A stretch of DNA of 64,000 nt from NCBI GenBank assembly GCA_963826115.1, contig CAWGVS010000006.1, forward strand, positions 256,001 through 320,000, read 5' to 3'. The notes under the pieces are model-generated. The model had not been told where the DNA came from, ran no database searches, and saw nothing but the letters and a program-made list of their open reading frames with translations. Positions 1 through 9,412 of this stretch are shown here, in pieces. Each line of letters opens with the position of its first letter. Position 1 is the stretch's first letter. The stretch is from an uncultured Candidatus Rokubacteria bacterium. GTDB taxonomy: Bacteria > Methylomirabilota > Methylomirabilia > Rokubacteriales > DASRDR01. The translations under genes and the position numbers were made by a program.

Positions 1-243
1 TTCGAGATCACGACCGCGCCGCAGGACCTCGAGGACGTGAAGCGCGCGCTCGAAGGACGCGGCGTGCCGATCCAGTCGGCCGAGGTGACCTACGTGCCGC
101 AGTCGACGATCCGCCTCGAGGGCAAGGATGCGCAGCAGGTGCTGCGGCTGGTCGAGGGGCTGGAGGAACTCGACGACGTGCAGCACGTCTACGCGAACTT
201 CGACATCCCCGACGAGGTGCTGGAGGCCCAGGGCGCCGCTTGA
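1..243 (+). CDS. yebC: YebC/PmpR family protein, C-terminal part (runs off the window start)
   Basis: C-terminus ...LEELDDVQHVYANFD; lies directly upstream of ruvC as in the conserved yebC-ruvCAB order. Confidence 0.9.
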   Translation, partial: FEITTAPQDLEDVKRALEGRGVPIQSAEVTYVPQSTIRLEGKDAQQVLRLVEGLEELDDVQHVYANFDIPDEVLEAQGAA

Positions 244-770
244 GGGGGCTCGACGCGGCCTCCATCCCGCTCCGCGCCGCGCCGCGCGCCGTCGGGTTCG
301 ATCCGGGCCTGGCCGACACGGGGTACGCGGCGCTCGAGGGCGGGCGCCGGGTGCCCACCGTGCTGGGCACCGGCGTCATCCGGACGAGCGCCCGGGACCC
401 GCTGGAGGTGCGGCTCGAGGCCCTGTTCGACGGGTGCCGCGAGGTCCTCGAGCGGTTCACGCCCGACGTCGTGATCATCGAGGACGTCTTCAGCGCCCCG
501 TCGATCCCACGCACCGCCATCCTCATGGGCCATGCGCGGGCGGCGGTGTGCCTCGCGGGCCGGCGGCAGCGGGTCGCGCTCCTGTCGGTGGCGCCGACCG
601 AGGTCAAGCGCGCGGTCACCGCCTCGGGCGCCGCGCCCAAGGCGCAGGTCGCCCGGGCGATGCAGGTCCTCCTGGCCCTGGCGGCCCTGCCGCGGCCGAG
701 CCACGTGGCGGACGCGCTTGCTCTCGCCTACACGGGCCTGTCGCGGACTCGGGGGCTCGGCCGCCAGTGA
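240..770 (+). CDS. ruvC: Holliday junction resolvase RuvC
   Basis: GFDPGLADTGY, IIEDVF, EVKRAVT, HVADALALA motifs. Confidence 0.93.
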   Translation: MRGLDAASIPLRAAPRAVGFDPGLADTGYAALEGGRRVPTVLGTGVIRTSARDPLEVRLEALFDGCREVLERFTPDVVIIEDVFSAPSIPRTAILMGHARAAVCLAGRRQRVALLSVAPTEVKRAVTASGAAPKAQVARAMQVLLALAALPRPSHVADALALAYTGLSRTRGLGRQ

Positions 771-1414
771 TCGCCTCGCTCCGCGGTCGGCTGCGCCGTC
801 GGCTGGAAGGGCGCGTGATCCTCGAGTCGGCCGGGGTCGGGTACGAGGTCGTGCTCCCGCCCGTCGTCGCCCGCGGGCTCGAGGCCCTCGAGGCGGGCGA
901 CGGCGCCGGGGCGGCCGAGCTCGAGCTCGTGATCTACTACCACGCCACGCGCGACCAGCCGCGGCCCGTCCTGATCGGCTTCGCGCGCGACCTGGAGCGG
1001 GAGTTCTTCGAGCGGCTCATCACGGTCAAGGACGTGGGCCCGCTCGTCGCCGCGCGCGCGCTGGTCCAGCCCATCGCGGAGATCGCGGACGCGATCGTCC
1101 GGAAGGACGAGCGCTTCCTCCGTCGGCTGCCGGGGATCGGGCCCCAGAAGTGCCGCAACATCGTCGCCCAGCTCGAGGGCAAGGTGGCCAAGTACGCGCT
1201 GCTCCCGCGCGAGGAGGCGGCGCCGACGCCACCGCCGCGCGAGGAGGGCGACGACCTCCGCGTGCTGGTGCGCGACGTGCTGGTCCGGCAGATGGGGCTC
1301 CGGCCCGGTGAGGCGGACCAGGCGATCCGCGACGCCCTGGCGCGCAACCCGGGCATCGACGCGCCCGAGGCGCTCTTCGAGGAGATCTACCGCGCGCGGC
1401 GAGGGTCCACGTGA
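767..1414 (+). CDS. ruvA: Holliday junction branch migration protein RuvA
   Basis: GTG start overlaps the ruvC stop; IASLRG, GVGYEV, LITVKDVGP, LPGIGPQK (HhH); 3' part of ORF 128..1414. Confidence 0.92.
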   Translation: MIASLRGRLRRRLEGRVILESAGVGYEVVLPPVVARGLEALEAGDGAGAAELELVIYYHATRDQPRPVLIGFARDLEREFFERLITVKDVGPLVAARALVQPIAEIADAIVRKDERFLRRLPGIGPQKCRNIVAQLEGKVAKYALLPREEAAPTPPPREEGDDLRVLVRDVLVRQMGLRPGEADQAIRDALARNPGIDAPEALFEEIYRARRGST

Positions 1415-2433
1415 GCGACAACCTCCTGAGCCGGACGGCCCTCGCCGACGAGGCGCCGTTCGAGCGCGCGCTACGTCCCCAGCGGCTCGACGAGTACATC
1501 GGCCAGCAGGCGACGGTTGAGAGCCTGCGCGTCTCGGTGGAGGCCGCCCGGCAGCGCGGGGAGTGCCTCGACCACGTGCTGCTCTACGGGCCGCCGGGGC
1601 TCGGCAAGACGACGCTCGCGATCATCCTCGCCAACGAGATGGCCAGCGGGCTCAAGAGCACGTCGGGCCCGGCGCTCGAGCGCGGCGACGACCTCATGGG
1701 GGTCCTGACGAGCCTCGAGCCGCGGGACGTACTCTTCGTCGACGAGATCCACCGGCTGCCGCGCGTCGTGGAGGAGCTCTTCTACCCGGCGATGGAGGAC
1801 TTCGAGGTCAACTTCGTAATCGAGCGCGGCATGCACGCGCGGACCATGCGGATCCCGCTCAAGCCGTTCACGCTGGTCGGGGCCACCACCCGTCCCGGCA
1901 TGCTGAGCGCGCCCCTCCGGGAGCGGTTCGGGATCTTCCACCACCTCGATTTCTACGCGGACGACGAGCTCGAGCAGATCGTCGGCCGGTCGGCGGGAAT
2001 CCTCGGCCTGCCGATCGAGCCCGGCGGGGCGGCCGAGATCGCGCGCCGGGCGCGCGGGACTCCCCGGATCGCCAACCGCCTTCTCCGCCGCGTGCGGGAC
2101 TTCGCCCAGGTGAAGGGCGATGGCCGGATCGGCGCCGAGGTGGCCGCCGCCGCGCTCACGCTGGAGGGTGTCGACACCCGCGGGCTCGACCGCCTGGACC
2201 GGCGGTTCCTCCAGGCGATCGTCGAGCACTACGGGGGGGGGCCGGTCGGGCTCGACGCGATCGCCGCGACGATCAACGACGACGCCGAGACGCTGGCGGA
2301 GCTGGTGGAGCCATACCTGCTCAAGATCGGCCTGGTGGTCCGCACGCCGAACGGCCGCCGCGCGACGCCCGCGGCCTACCGGCACCTCGGTCTCCGCGGG
2401 GGCGACGGCCCCCGCCAGCTCTCCCTCGAGTAG
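1411..2433 (+). CDS. ruvB: Holliday junction helicase RuvB
   Basis: LRPQRLDEYIGQ, GPPGLGKTT, DEIHRL, GTPRIANRLL. Confidence 0.97.
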   Translation: MSDNLLSRTALADEAPFERALRPQRLDEYIGQQATVESLRVSVEAARQRGECLDHVLLYGPPGLGKTTLAIILANEMASGLKSTSGPALERGDDLMGVLTSLEPRDVLFVDEIHRLPRVVEELFYPAMEDFEVNFVIERGMHARTMRIPLKPFTLVGATTRPGMLSAPLRERFGIFHHLDFYADDELEQIVGRSAGILGLPIEPGGAAEIARRARGTPRIANRLLRRVRDFAQVKGDGRIGAEVAAAALTLEGVDTRGLDRLDRRFLQAIVEHYGGGPVGLDAIAATINDDAETLAELVEPYLLKIGLVVRTPNGRRATPAAYRHLGLRGGDGPRQLSLE

Positions 2434-2441
2434 GCGCGGCG

Positions 2442-2669
2442 ATGGCGGAAGCGGGCCGCGTGCTGGTGGTCCTGGGGATCGTGCTGGTCGTCGTGGGCGG
2501 ACTCATCTGGCTCGGCGGCGCCATGGGCGCCAAGGTCCCGTTCCTCGGCCGCCTGCCGGGGGACATTCACGTCCAGCGAGGCAACTGGTCCTTCTACTTC
2601 CCCCTCACGACCTCGATCGTTCTGAGCCTCGTGCTCACGCTGGTCCTGGCGCTCCTCTCTCGCCGATGA
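2442..2669 (+). CDS. DUF2905 family small membrane protein
   Basis: LGRLPGDI...FYFPLTTSIVLS signature; this family usually follows ruvB. Confidence 0.85.
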   Translation: MAEAGRVLVVLGIVLVVVGGLIWLGGAMGAKVPFLGRLPGDIHVQRGNWSFYFPLTTSIVLSLVLTLVLALLSRR

Positions 2670-3835
2670 TCGGCCGCGCGAGAGGGGAGGCGCGCCGCCC
2701 GATCGCGGGGCGGGCGGTCGCGGTCGCCGTGGGGCTCGCCTGCCTGGTCGGCCTCGCCGCGCCGGCGCGCGCGCTGGAGCCCATCCGGCTCGCGCTCGCG
2801 GACGGGGTGCGGCACGTGGAGGTCGGCGTGGCCGACACGGTCACCGTGCTCGACCCGGCGACCGGCCGCGCGCTCTTCAGCCTGTCGGGGCCGCGCATCG
2901 TGCGCGTCGTGCCGTCCGGGGCGGGCCTGGACGTGGTCGGCGCCCGACGAGTCGACCTGCCCCGCCTCCGTGTCGAGGTCCGGCGCGGTCCCCTGCGCGT
3001 GGGGACGCGCGACCACGTGGGCGCGCTCGAGATCTGGCGGCAGGGCGACGGGCTCCTGCTGGTGAACGAGCTTCCCATGGAGGAGTACATCGCGGGGACC
3101 GTGCGGGGTGAGGCCTCCGAGCGCTGGCCCGCCGAGGCCCTCCGCGCGCTCGCGGTGGTCGCACGCACCTACGCCGTTTTCCAGCAGGCGCGCGCCACCG
3201 GCAAGGCCTATCACGTGGTCGCGGGCAACCAGGATCAGAACTTCGCCGGCTGGGCGATGGAGGGCTCGCCCGCGCGGGAAGCGGCGCGCACGACCGCGGG
3301 GCAGGTGCTGACGTGGCAGGGACGGGTCTTCCCCACGTTCTACCACTCGGATTCCGGCGGCTTCACCGAGGCCGCGCAGAGCGTCTTCTCGGGGGACGGC
3401 GTGCCGCCCCTCGAGGGGGTCCGCGACGAGTACTCCATGGAGTCGCCGAACTACACCTGGACGGTGACGCTCCCCCTCACCGTGATCGGGGAGCGGCTCC
3501 GCCGCGGCGGGCTGGAAGTCGGCCAGGTAACCCGCCTGACGGTCCTCGAGCGGAGCCCCTCCTTCCGCGTGGCCCGCCTCGCCGTCGAGCACTCACGGGG
3601 GACCACGACCATCCGGGGGGCCGACTTCCGGCGGCTGATCGGGTACGATGCCTTGAAGAGCACGCTCTTCGTCCCGGTTGCCCAGGACGGCCAGGTGCGG
3701 TTCGAGGGGCGCGGCTGGGGACACGGCGTGGGCCTGTCCCAGTTCGGCGCCAAGGGCATGGCCGACCGCGGTTACACGTATCCGCAGATCCTCGAACACT
3801 ACTATCCGGGCACCGCCCTGACGACCCTGCGCTGA
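2666..3835 (+). CDS. SpoIID/LytB domain peptidoglycan hydrolase
   Basis: Signal peptide; VNELPMEEYI, EALRALAVVARTYA, GWGHGVGLSQFGA, ILEHYYPG. Confidence 0.9.
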   Translation: MIGRARGEARRPIAGRAVAVAVGLACLVGLAAPARALEPIRLALADGVRHVEVGVADTVTVLDPATGRALFSLSGPRIVRVVPSGAGLDVVGARRVDLPRLRVEVRRGPLRVGTRDHVGALEIWRQGDGLLLVNELPMEEYIAGTVRGEASERWPAEALRALAVVARTYAVFQQARATGKAYHVVAGNQDQNFAGWAMEGSPAREAARTTAGQVLTWQGRVFPTFYHSDSGGFTEAAQSVFSGDGVPPLEGVRDEYSMESPNYTWTVTLPLTVIGERLRRGGLEVGQVTRLTVLERSPSFRVARLAVEHSRGTTTIRGADFRRLIGYDALKSTLFVPVAQDGQVRFEGRGWGHGVGLSQFGAKGMADRGYTYPQILEHYYPGTALTTLR

Positions 3836-3868
3836 AGGGGCCGGACGGTCCCGACGAGCCCGAGAGCC

Positions 3869-4204
3869 ATGAGCGAGATCAGCTGGAGCGACTTCGAGCG
3901 GGTGGACATGCGCGTCGGCACCGTCGTGCGGGCCGAGGTGTTTCCGGAGGCGCGGAAGCCGGCGTACAAGCTGTGGATCGACCTGGGCGCCCTCGGAGAG
4001 CGACGCTCGAGCGTCCAGATCACCGATCGCTACCGGCCGGACGAGCTCCTGGGGCGCCAGGTGGTCTGCGTGGTCAACTTCCCGCCGAAGCGGATCGGTC
4101 CCTTCGTCTCCGAGGTGCTCGTGCTCGGCGCGTACGCCGCCGACCACACGGTCGTGCTGCTCCACCCCGACCAGACCGTGGAGCGGGGGAGTCGCATTGG
4201 CTAG
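3869..4204 (+). CDS. csaA: CsaA tRNA-binding/secretion chaperone
   Basis: DFERVDMRVG, ARKPAYKL, VVNFPPKRIG, SEVLVLG. Confidence 0.9.
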   Translation: MSEISWSDFERVDMRVGTVVRAEVFPEARKPAYKLWIDLGALGERRSSVQITDRYRPDELLGRQVVCVVNFPPKRIGPFVSEVLVLGAYAADHTVVLLHPDQTVERGSRIG

Positions 4205-5267
4205 CGTCGTCCAAGCCGCGGGCGAGCTCGCCCAGTACGACTTCGCGCTGCCGCCGGACCGGATCGCGCAGGAGCCGGCCGAGCCCCGCGATGCCGCGCG
4301 GCTGCTCGTGGTGGAGGGGTCGACGCTCGTCGACGCGCGGGTGGCCGACCTCGAGCGCCACCTCCGCCCGGGCGACTGCCTCGTCGTGAACGACACCCGC
4401 GTCCTGCCGGCGCGGCTCCTCGGCCGGATCGACGGGACCGAGCGCGACGTCGAGGTCCTGCTGCTCCACCCGGTCGGAGACGAGTGGGCGGCGCTCCTCC
4501 GGCCGGCGCGGCGCTGTCCGGTCGGGACGCCGATCGTCGTCGCCGACGGCGGGGCGCGGCTGACCGTCACCGCCCGGGAGGAGCTGGGACGAGCGCGCGT
4601 CCGGCTCGACGGCGCGGGCTCCGTCGAGGCCCTGCTCGAGGCCCACGGGCTTCCGCCGCTTCCGCCCTACATCCGCCGCTACCGGAAGCCCGGCGGCGAG
4701 GACTGGGCGCGCTACCAGACCGTCTACGCCGAGCGCCCGGGCGCGGTGGCCGCGCCGACGGCGGGCCTCCACTTCACGCCCGAGCTCCTGGCGGCGCTCG
4801 AGGCCCGGGGGATCGAATGCCACCGGATCACGCTCCACGTCGGACCGGGGACCTTCCGGCCGGTCCGCGCGGACCGCGTGGCCGACCACCGCGTGGAGGC
4901 CGAGCGGTTCGAGGTTCGCGACGCCACGGCCGCGGCCCTCGGACGGGCCCGGCGTGAGGGGCGGCGCGTGGTGGCCGTGGGGACGACGACGGTCCGCGCG
5001 CTCGAGTCGGTCGCCCACCCCGACGGCGGCATCGCGCCCGGCGCGGGCTGGACCGACCTCACGATCGTGCCGGGCCACCGGTTCCGCGCCGTGGACGCGC
5101 TCCTGACCAACTTCCACCTGCCGCGCTCGTCCCTGCTTCTCCTGGTCGCCGCCTTTGCCGGCCGCGCGCGGGTGCTCCGGGCCTACGCGCACGCCGTGGC
5201 GGCGGGCTACCGGTTCTACAGCTACGGGGACGCGATGCTGATCTCGGCCGAGGGTCCGACGTGCTGA
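4197..5267 (+). CDS. queA: S-adenosylmethionine:tRNA ribosyltransferase-isomerase
   Basis: IAQEP, NDTRVLPARL, LPPYI, AAPTAGLHF, TNFHLP, FYSYGDAM. Confidence 0.97.
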   Translation: MASVVQAAGELAQYDFALPPDRIAQEPAEPRDAARLLVVEGSTLVDARVADLERHLRPGDCLVVNDTRVLPARLLGRIDGTERDVEVLLLHPVGDEWAALLRPARRCPVGTPIVVADGGARLTVTAREELGRARVRLDGAGSVEALLEAHGLPPLPPYIRRYRKPGGEDWARYQTVYAERPGAVAAPTAGLHFTPELLAALEARGIECHRITLHVGPGTFRPVRADRVADHRVEAERFEVRDATAAALGRARREGRRVVAVGTTTVRALESVAHPDGGIAPGAGWTDLTIVPGHRFRAVDALLTNFHLPRSSLLLLVAAFAGRARVLRAYAHAVAAGYRFYSYGDAMLISAEGPTC

Positions 5268-6439
5268 GCCCGGCCTTCGAGGTGCTCGCGCGGGATGGCG
5301 ACGCGCGGCGCGGCCGGCTCACGACGCCGCACGGCGCCGTCGAGACGCCGGCCTTCATGCCCGTGGGGACGCTCGGCACGGTGAAGAGCCTCACCCCCGC
5401 CGACCTCCGGGAGATCGGCGCCGAGATCGTCCTCGCCAACACGTACCACCTCTTCCTGCGTCCCGGCGCCCCGCTGATCCGGGAGCTCGGCGGGCTCCAT
5501 CGCTTCATGGCGTGGGACGGCCCCATCCTCACGGACTCCGGCGGCTACCAGGTGTGGAGCCTCGCCGCGCTCCGGACGATCCGCGAAGAGGGGGTACGCT
5601 TCCGCTCGCACCTCGACGGGGGCGCCGAGCACCTCCTGACGCCGGAGCTCGTCGTCGAGGTGCAACACACCCTCGGCGTCGACGTCCTCCACCCCCTCGA
5701 CGAGTGCCTGCCGCATCCGGCCACGCGGGAGGCCGCGGAGACGTCCCTCGCGCGCACCGTCCGGTGGGCGCGGCGGTCCTGGGCGGCGCACGTGGCCGGA
5801 CGCCGTCCGGGTCAGGCGTGCTTCGGGATCGTGCAGGGCGGGATGTACGGCGACCTCCGGCGGGCGGCGGTGGCCGAGACGTGCGCGCTCGGGTTCGACG
5901 GCTACGCCCTCGGCGGCTTCGCGGTCGGCGAGCCGCGGGGACTCATGCGGGAGCTGGTCGCGCTGACCGCGGCGGCCCTCCCGGCGGACCAGCCCCGGTA
6001 CCTGATGGGGGTCGGGCGCCCCCCCGACCTGGTCGACGCGGTGGCCGGGGGGGTCGACATGTTCGACTGCGTTCTGCCCACCCGCCACGCGCGAACCGGC
6101 CAGGCGTTCACGAGCCGGGGCCTCGTGGTCATCCGCCATTCGGCGCACGCGCGCGCCGCCGAGCCGCTCGACGCGGCGTGCCCCTGCTACGCCTGCCGCA
6201 ACTTCTCGCGGGCCTACCTGCGGCACCTGTTCCTCGCGCGGGAGCTGACCGTCTACCGGCTCCTCACACTCCACAACCTGACTTACTATCTCGGCTTGAT
6301 GGCCGGCGTCCGCGCCGCCGTCTCGACCGGCACCTTCGCCGCGCTCCGGCAGGCGGTGCTGGACGCCTACGGCTCGGACGACGCCGAGCCGGTGACCGCG
6401 CCGGGCGGCGAGCCGCCCGGGCAAGAGGAGGCATCGTGA
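5261..6439 (+). CDS. tgt: tRNA-guanine transglycosylase
   Basis: TPAFMPVGT, NTYHL, TDSGGYQ, DMFDCVLPTR, CxCxxC zinc site. Confidence 0.97.
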   Translation: MLSPAFEVLARDGDARRGRLTTPHGAVETPAFMPVGTLGTVKSLTPADLREIGAEIVLANTYHLFLRPGAPLIRELGGLHRFMAWDGPILTDSGGYQVWSLAALRTIREEGVRFRSHLDGGAEHLLTPELVVEVQHTLGVDVLHPLDECLPHPATREAAETSLARTVRWARRSWAAHVAGRRPGQACFGIVQGGMYGDLRRAAVAETCALGFDGYALGGFAVGEPRGLMRELVALTAAALPADQPRYLMGVGRPPDLVDAVAGGVDMFDCVLPTRHARTGQAFTSRGLVVIRHSAHARAAEPLDAACPCYACRNFSRAYLRHLFLARELTVYRLLTLHNLTYYLGLMAGVRAAVSTGTFAALRQAVLDAYGSDDAEPVTAPGGEPPGQEEAS

Positions 6440-6774
6440 TCGATCTCGCATACGCCATGGGCGCGCCGCCGCCGGGGGGCAGCGGCCCTGGATCCATGCT
6501 CATCCAGCTCGTGCCGATCGCGCTGGTGCTGGGTATCTTCTTCTTCCTGGTGATCCGTCCCCAGCAGCGCGAGAAACGGCGGCGCGAGGAGATGCTCGCC
6601 GCCATCAAGAAGGGCGACCGGGTCATCACGTCCGGGGGGCTGATCGGCACCGTGGTCGGCGTCACGGAGCGGAGGGTGACCCTGAAGTTCGGGGACTCGG
6701 TCCGTGTGGAGTGCCTCCGGAGCGCCATCACGGGGCTCGAGTCCGACGGCAAGGCCGACGCGGACACGGCCTGA
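6436..6774 (+). CDS. yajC: Preprotein translocase subunit YajC
   Basis: FFFLVIRPQQ, KKGDRVITSGGLIG; lies between tgt and secD. Confidence 0.93.
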   Translation: MIDLAYAMGAPPPGGSGPGSMLIQLVPIALVLGIFFFLVIRPQQREKRRREEMLAAIKKGDRVITSGGLIGTVVGVTERRVTLKFGDSVRVECLRSAITGLESDGKADADTA

Positions 6775-6786
6775 CGGGAGCCGCAC

Positions 6787-8355
6787 ATGCCTCGCTACCT
6801 CTGGCTTCGCATCGCCGTCGTGCTGGCGGTGATCGTGGGATCCCTCGCCCTGGTCTCACCCCGCGACTGGCGAGGTCAGCCCCGCCAGCCGATCAACCTG
6901 GGCCTGGACCTCCAGGGCGGCATTCACCTCGTCCTCGGCGTCGACCTCGAGAAGGGGATCGAGAACGTGCTCGACCGGATGGCCGTCGACGTCCGCGCGG
7001 CGCTCCAGAAGAAGAGCATCGGCGCCCAGGTCACGCGCCAGGGACGCACCGGCGTCATGGTCCAGCTGTCCTCGCCGACGGCATTCCAGGAGGCGCAGTC
7101 GGCGCTGGCGGCCTTCGTCGAGTTCGACACGCGGACCCAGGACCCCGCGGCGGGGCGCATCGAGCTCGCGCTGAAGGAGAAGGTGATCACCGAGCGCCGG
7201 AACTCCTTCGTGGACCAGGGGCTCAAGGTCATCCGGAACCGCGTCGACCAGTTCGGCGTCGCGGAGCCGACGATCCAGAAGCAGGGCGAGAACCGCATCC
7301 TGGTGCAGCTGCCGGGCGTCCAGGACCCCGCCCGGGCGAAGGCGCTCATCGGGAAGACCGCGGTGCTCGAGTTCAAGCTGGTCGACGACCAGGCCGACGC
7401 GGCCCGGGCCGTCCAGGAAGGGCCGCCGGCGGGGGACGAGCTCCTCTACCAGCGCCGCGTGGACCGGACGACCAAGGCCGAGACGCGGGTCCCCTTCGTG
7501 GTCCGGAAGGAGGTCCTCCTCACCGGCGACGTCATCTCGGACGCCACGGTGCGGGTCTCGGAGGTCGGCGAGCCGTACGTCTCCGTGTCGTTCGACAGCG
7601 TTGGCGCGCGCCTCTTCGGGGAGGCGACGGAGAAGAACGTCGGGAAGGCGCTGGCCATCGTCCTCGACGGCAACATTCACTCCGCGCCGGTCATCCGCGA
7701 GCGCATCCCGTCGGGCCAGGCGCAGATCTCCGGCGGCTTCACCTTCGAGGAGGCCAGCGACCTCGCCATCGTGCTCCGGACGGGCGCCCTGCAGGCGCCG
7801 GTCCAGGTCCTCGAGGAGCGAACGGTCGGGCCCTCGCTCGGCGCGGACTCGATCCGCAAGGGCATCGTCTCCACGGCTGCCGGCGTGCTGGCCGTCTTCG
7901 TGTTCATGCTGATCTACTACCGGCTGTCGGGCCTGATCGCCGACCTGGCGCTCCTGCTCAACCTGGCCATTCTCCTCGCGGCGATGGCGTGGTTCCAGGC
8001 GACGCTCACCCTGCCGGGCATCGCCGGCATCGTCCTCACGATCGGCATGGCGGTGGACACGAACATCCTCATCTTCGAGCGCATCCGGGAGGAGTTCCGG
8101 CTCGGCAAGACCGTCCGGGCGGCGATCGACGCGGGCTTCCAGCGCGCGTTCACGACGGTCATCGACACCCACGTGACGGTCGTGGTGTCCGGCATCATCC
8201 TCTACCAGTTCGGCACGGGTCCGGTGAAGGGCTTCGCGGTCACGCTGATGATCGGCATCGTGGCGAGCCTGTTCACGGCGGTCTTCTTCACGCGCCTCGT
8301 CTTCGACCTGGTCTACAAGGGCCGCCGCCGGCGCCTGCAGACCCTTTCCATCTGA
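6787..8355 (+). CDS. secD: Protein translocase subunit SecD
   Basis: LGLDLQGG, RVDQFGVAEP, VGPSLG, GMAVDTNILIFERIREE. Confidence 0.97.
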   Translation: MPRYLWLRIAVVLAVIVGSLALVSPRDWRGQPRQPINLGLDLQGGIHLVLGVDLEKGIENVLDRMAVDVRAALQKKSIGAQVTRQGRTGVMVQLSSPTAFQEAQSALAAFVEFDTRTQDPAAGRIELALKEKVITERRNSFVDQGLKVIRNRVDQFGVAEPTIQKQGENRILVQLPGVQDPARAKALIGKTAVLEFKLVDDQADAARAVQEGPPAGDELLYQRRVDRTTKAETRVPFVVRKEVLLTGDVISDATVRVSEVGEPYVSVSFDSVGARLFGEATEKNVGKALAIVLDGNIHSAPVIRERIPSGQAQISGGFTFEEASDLAIVLRTGALQAPVQVLEERTVGPSLGADSIRKGIVSTAAGVLAVFVFMLIYYRLSGLIADLALLLNLAILLAAMAWFQATLTLPGIAGIVLTIGMAVDTNILIFERIREEFRLGKTVRAAIDAGFQRAFTTVIDTHVTVVVSGIILYQFGTGPVKGFAVTLMIGIVASLFTAVFFTRLVFDLVYKGRRRRLQTLSI

Positions 8356-8368
8356 GGGGGCCGACGCG

Positions 8369-9316
8369 ATGCTCCAGATCTTCACCAACGCGAAGTACGA
8401 CTTCATCGGCAAGCGTCGCTGGGCGTACGCGATCTCCCTGATCGTGACCCTCGTCGGGCTGGGCCACATCGCCTGGCAGGGGGGGCTCCGGTACGGCATC
8501 GACTTCTCGGGCGGCACGCTGGTGCAGGTGCGCTTCGAGCAGCCGACGACGGTCGACGCCGTGCGGAGCGCGCTCGACCGGGTCCGCCTCGGGGACAGCG
8601 TCATCCAGCAGTTCGGCGACCCCCAGGAGTACCTGGTCCGCGTTCCCGCCTCGAGCGGCGCCCTCGACGAGACCTCCGAGAAGGTCAAGCTGGGGCTGCG
8701 CGAGGCGAAGCTGCCCAACTTCGAGGTGCGCCGCCTCGAGTTCGTCGGGCCGCAGGTGGGGCGCGACCTCCAGGTGCAGGCGCTCTACGCCGTACTCGCG
8801 GGCATGGTGGGGATCCTCATCTACACCGCGTTCCGCTTCGACTTCCGGGGGGGAGTGGCCGCGATCATCGCGCTCCTGCACGACGTGCTCGTGGCCCTGT
8901 CCGCCCTGTCCATCGCCAACCGCGAGATGTCGCTCCCCGTGCTCGCGGCGCTCCTCACGATCGTCGGCTTCTCGATCAACGACACGATCGTGGTCTTCGA
9001 CCGGATCCGCGAGACGCGCGGCCGGGGGCTCCGCAAGGGCGAGACGCTGGCGGACGTCATCAACGGGGCCATCAACCAGACCCTGTCCCGGACGATCCTC
9101 ACCTCGCTGACGGTGTTCCTGGTCGTGTCCATCCTCTTCGTCGCCGGGGGCGAGGTGCTGCGGGACTTCGCGTTCGCCCTGCTCGTCGGGGTGGTGACGG
9201 GCACCTACTCCTCGGTCTTCGTGGCCGCCCCGATCATCGTGGACTGGGAGGGCTGGAGCCAGTCGCGCCAGCGGGGGGGCAAAAAGGCCGTGGTGAAGGC
9301 CGCCGCCGGGCGGTAG
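8369..9316 (+). CDS. secF: Protein translocase subunit SecF
   Basis: GIDFSGG, VGPQVG, HDV, GFSINDTIVVFDRIRE. Confidence 0.97.
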   Translation: MLQIFTNAKYDFIGKRRWAYAISLIVTLVGLGHIAWQGGLRYGIDFSGGTLVQVRFEQPTTVDAVRSALDRVRLGDSVIQQFGDPQEYLVRVPASSGALDETSEKVKLGLREAKLPNFEVRRLEFVGPQVGRDLQVQALYAVLAGMVGILIYTAFRFDFRGGVAAIIALLHDVLVALSALSIANREMSLPVLAALLTIVGFSINDTIVVFDRIRETRGRGLRKGETLADVINGAINQTLSRTILTSLTVFLVVSILFVAGGEVLRDFAFALLVGVVTGTYSSVFVAAPIIVDWEGWSQSRQRGGKKAVVKAAAGR

Positions 9317-9412
9317 ACTACTAGGCCACACCCGGCGGCCGTCGGGCCGTCTAGCCGGGCCGGGGCGCGGTGCCCCGGCCAGTGCCCGCGGGGCGCGCCG
9401 GGAAGCGCCACC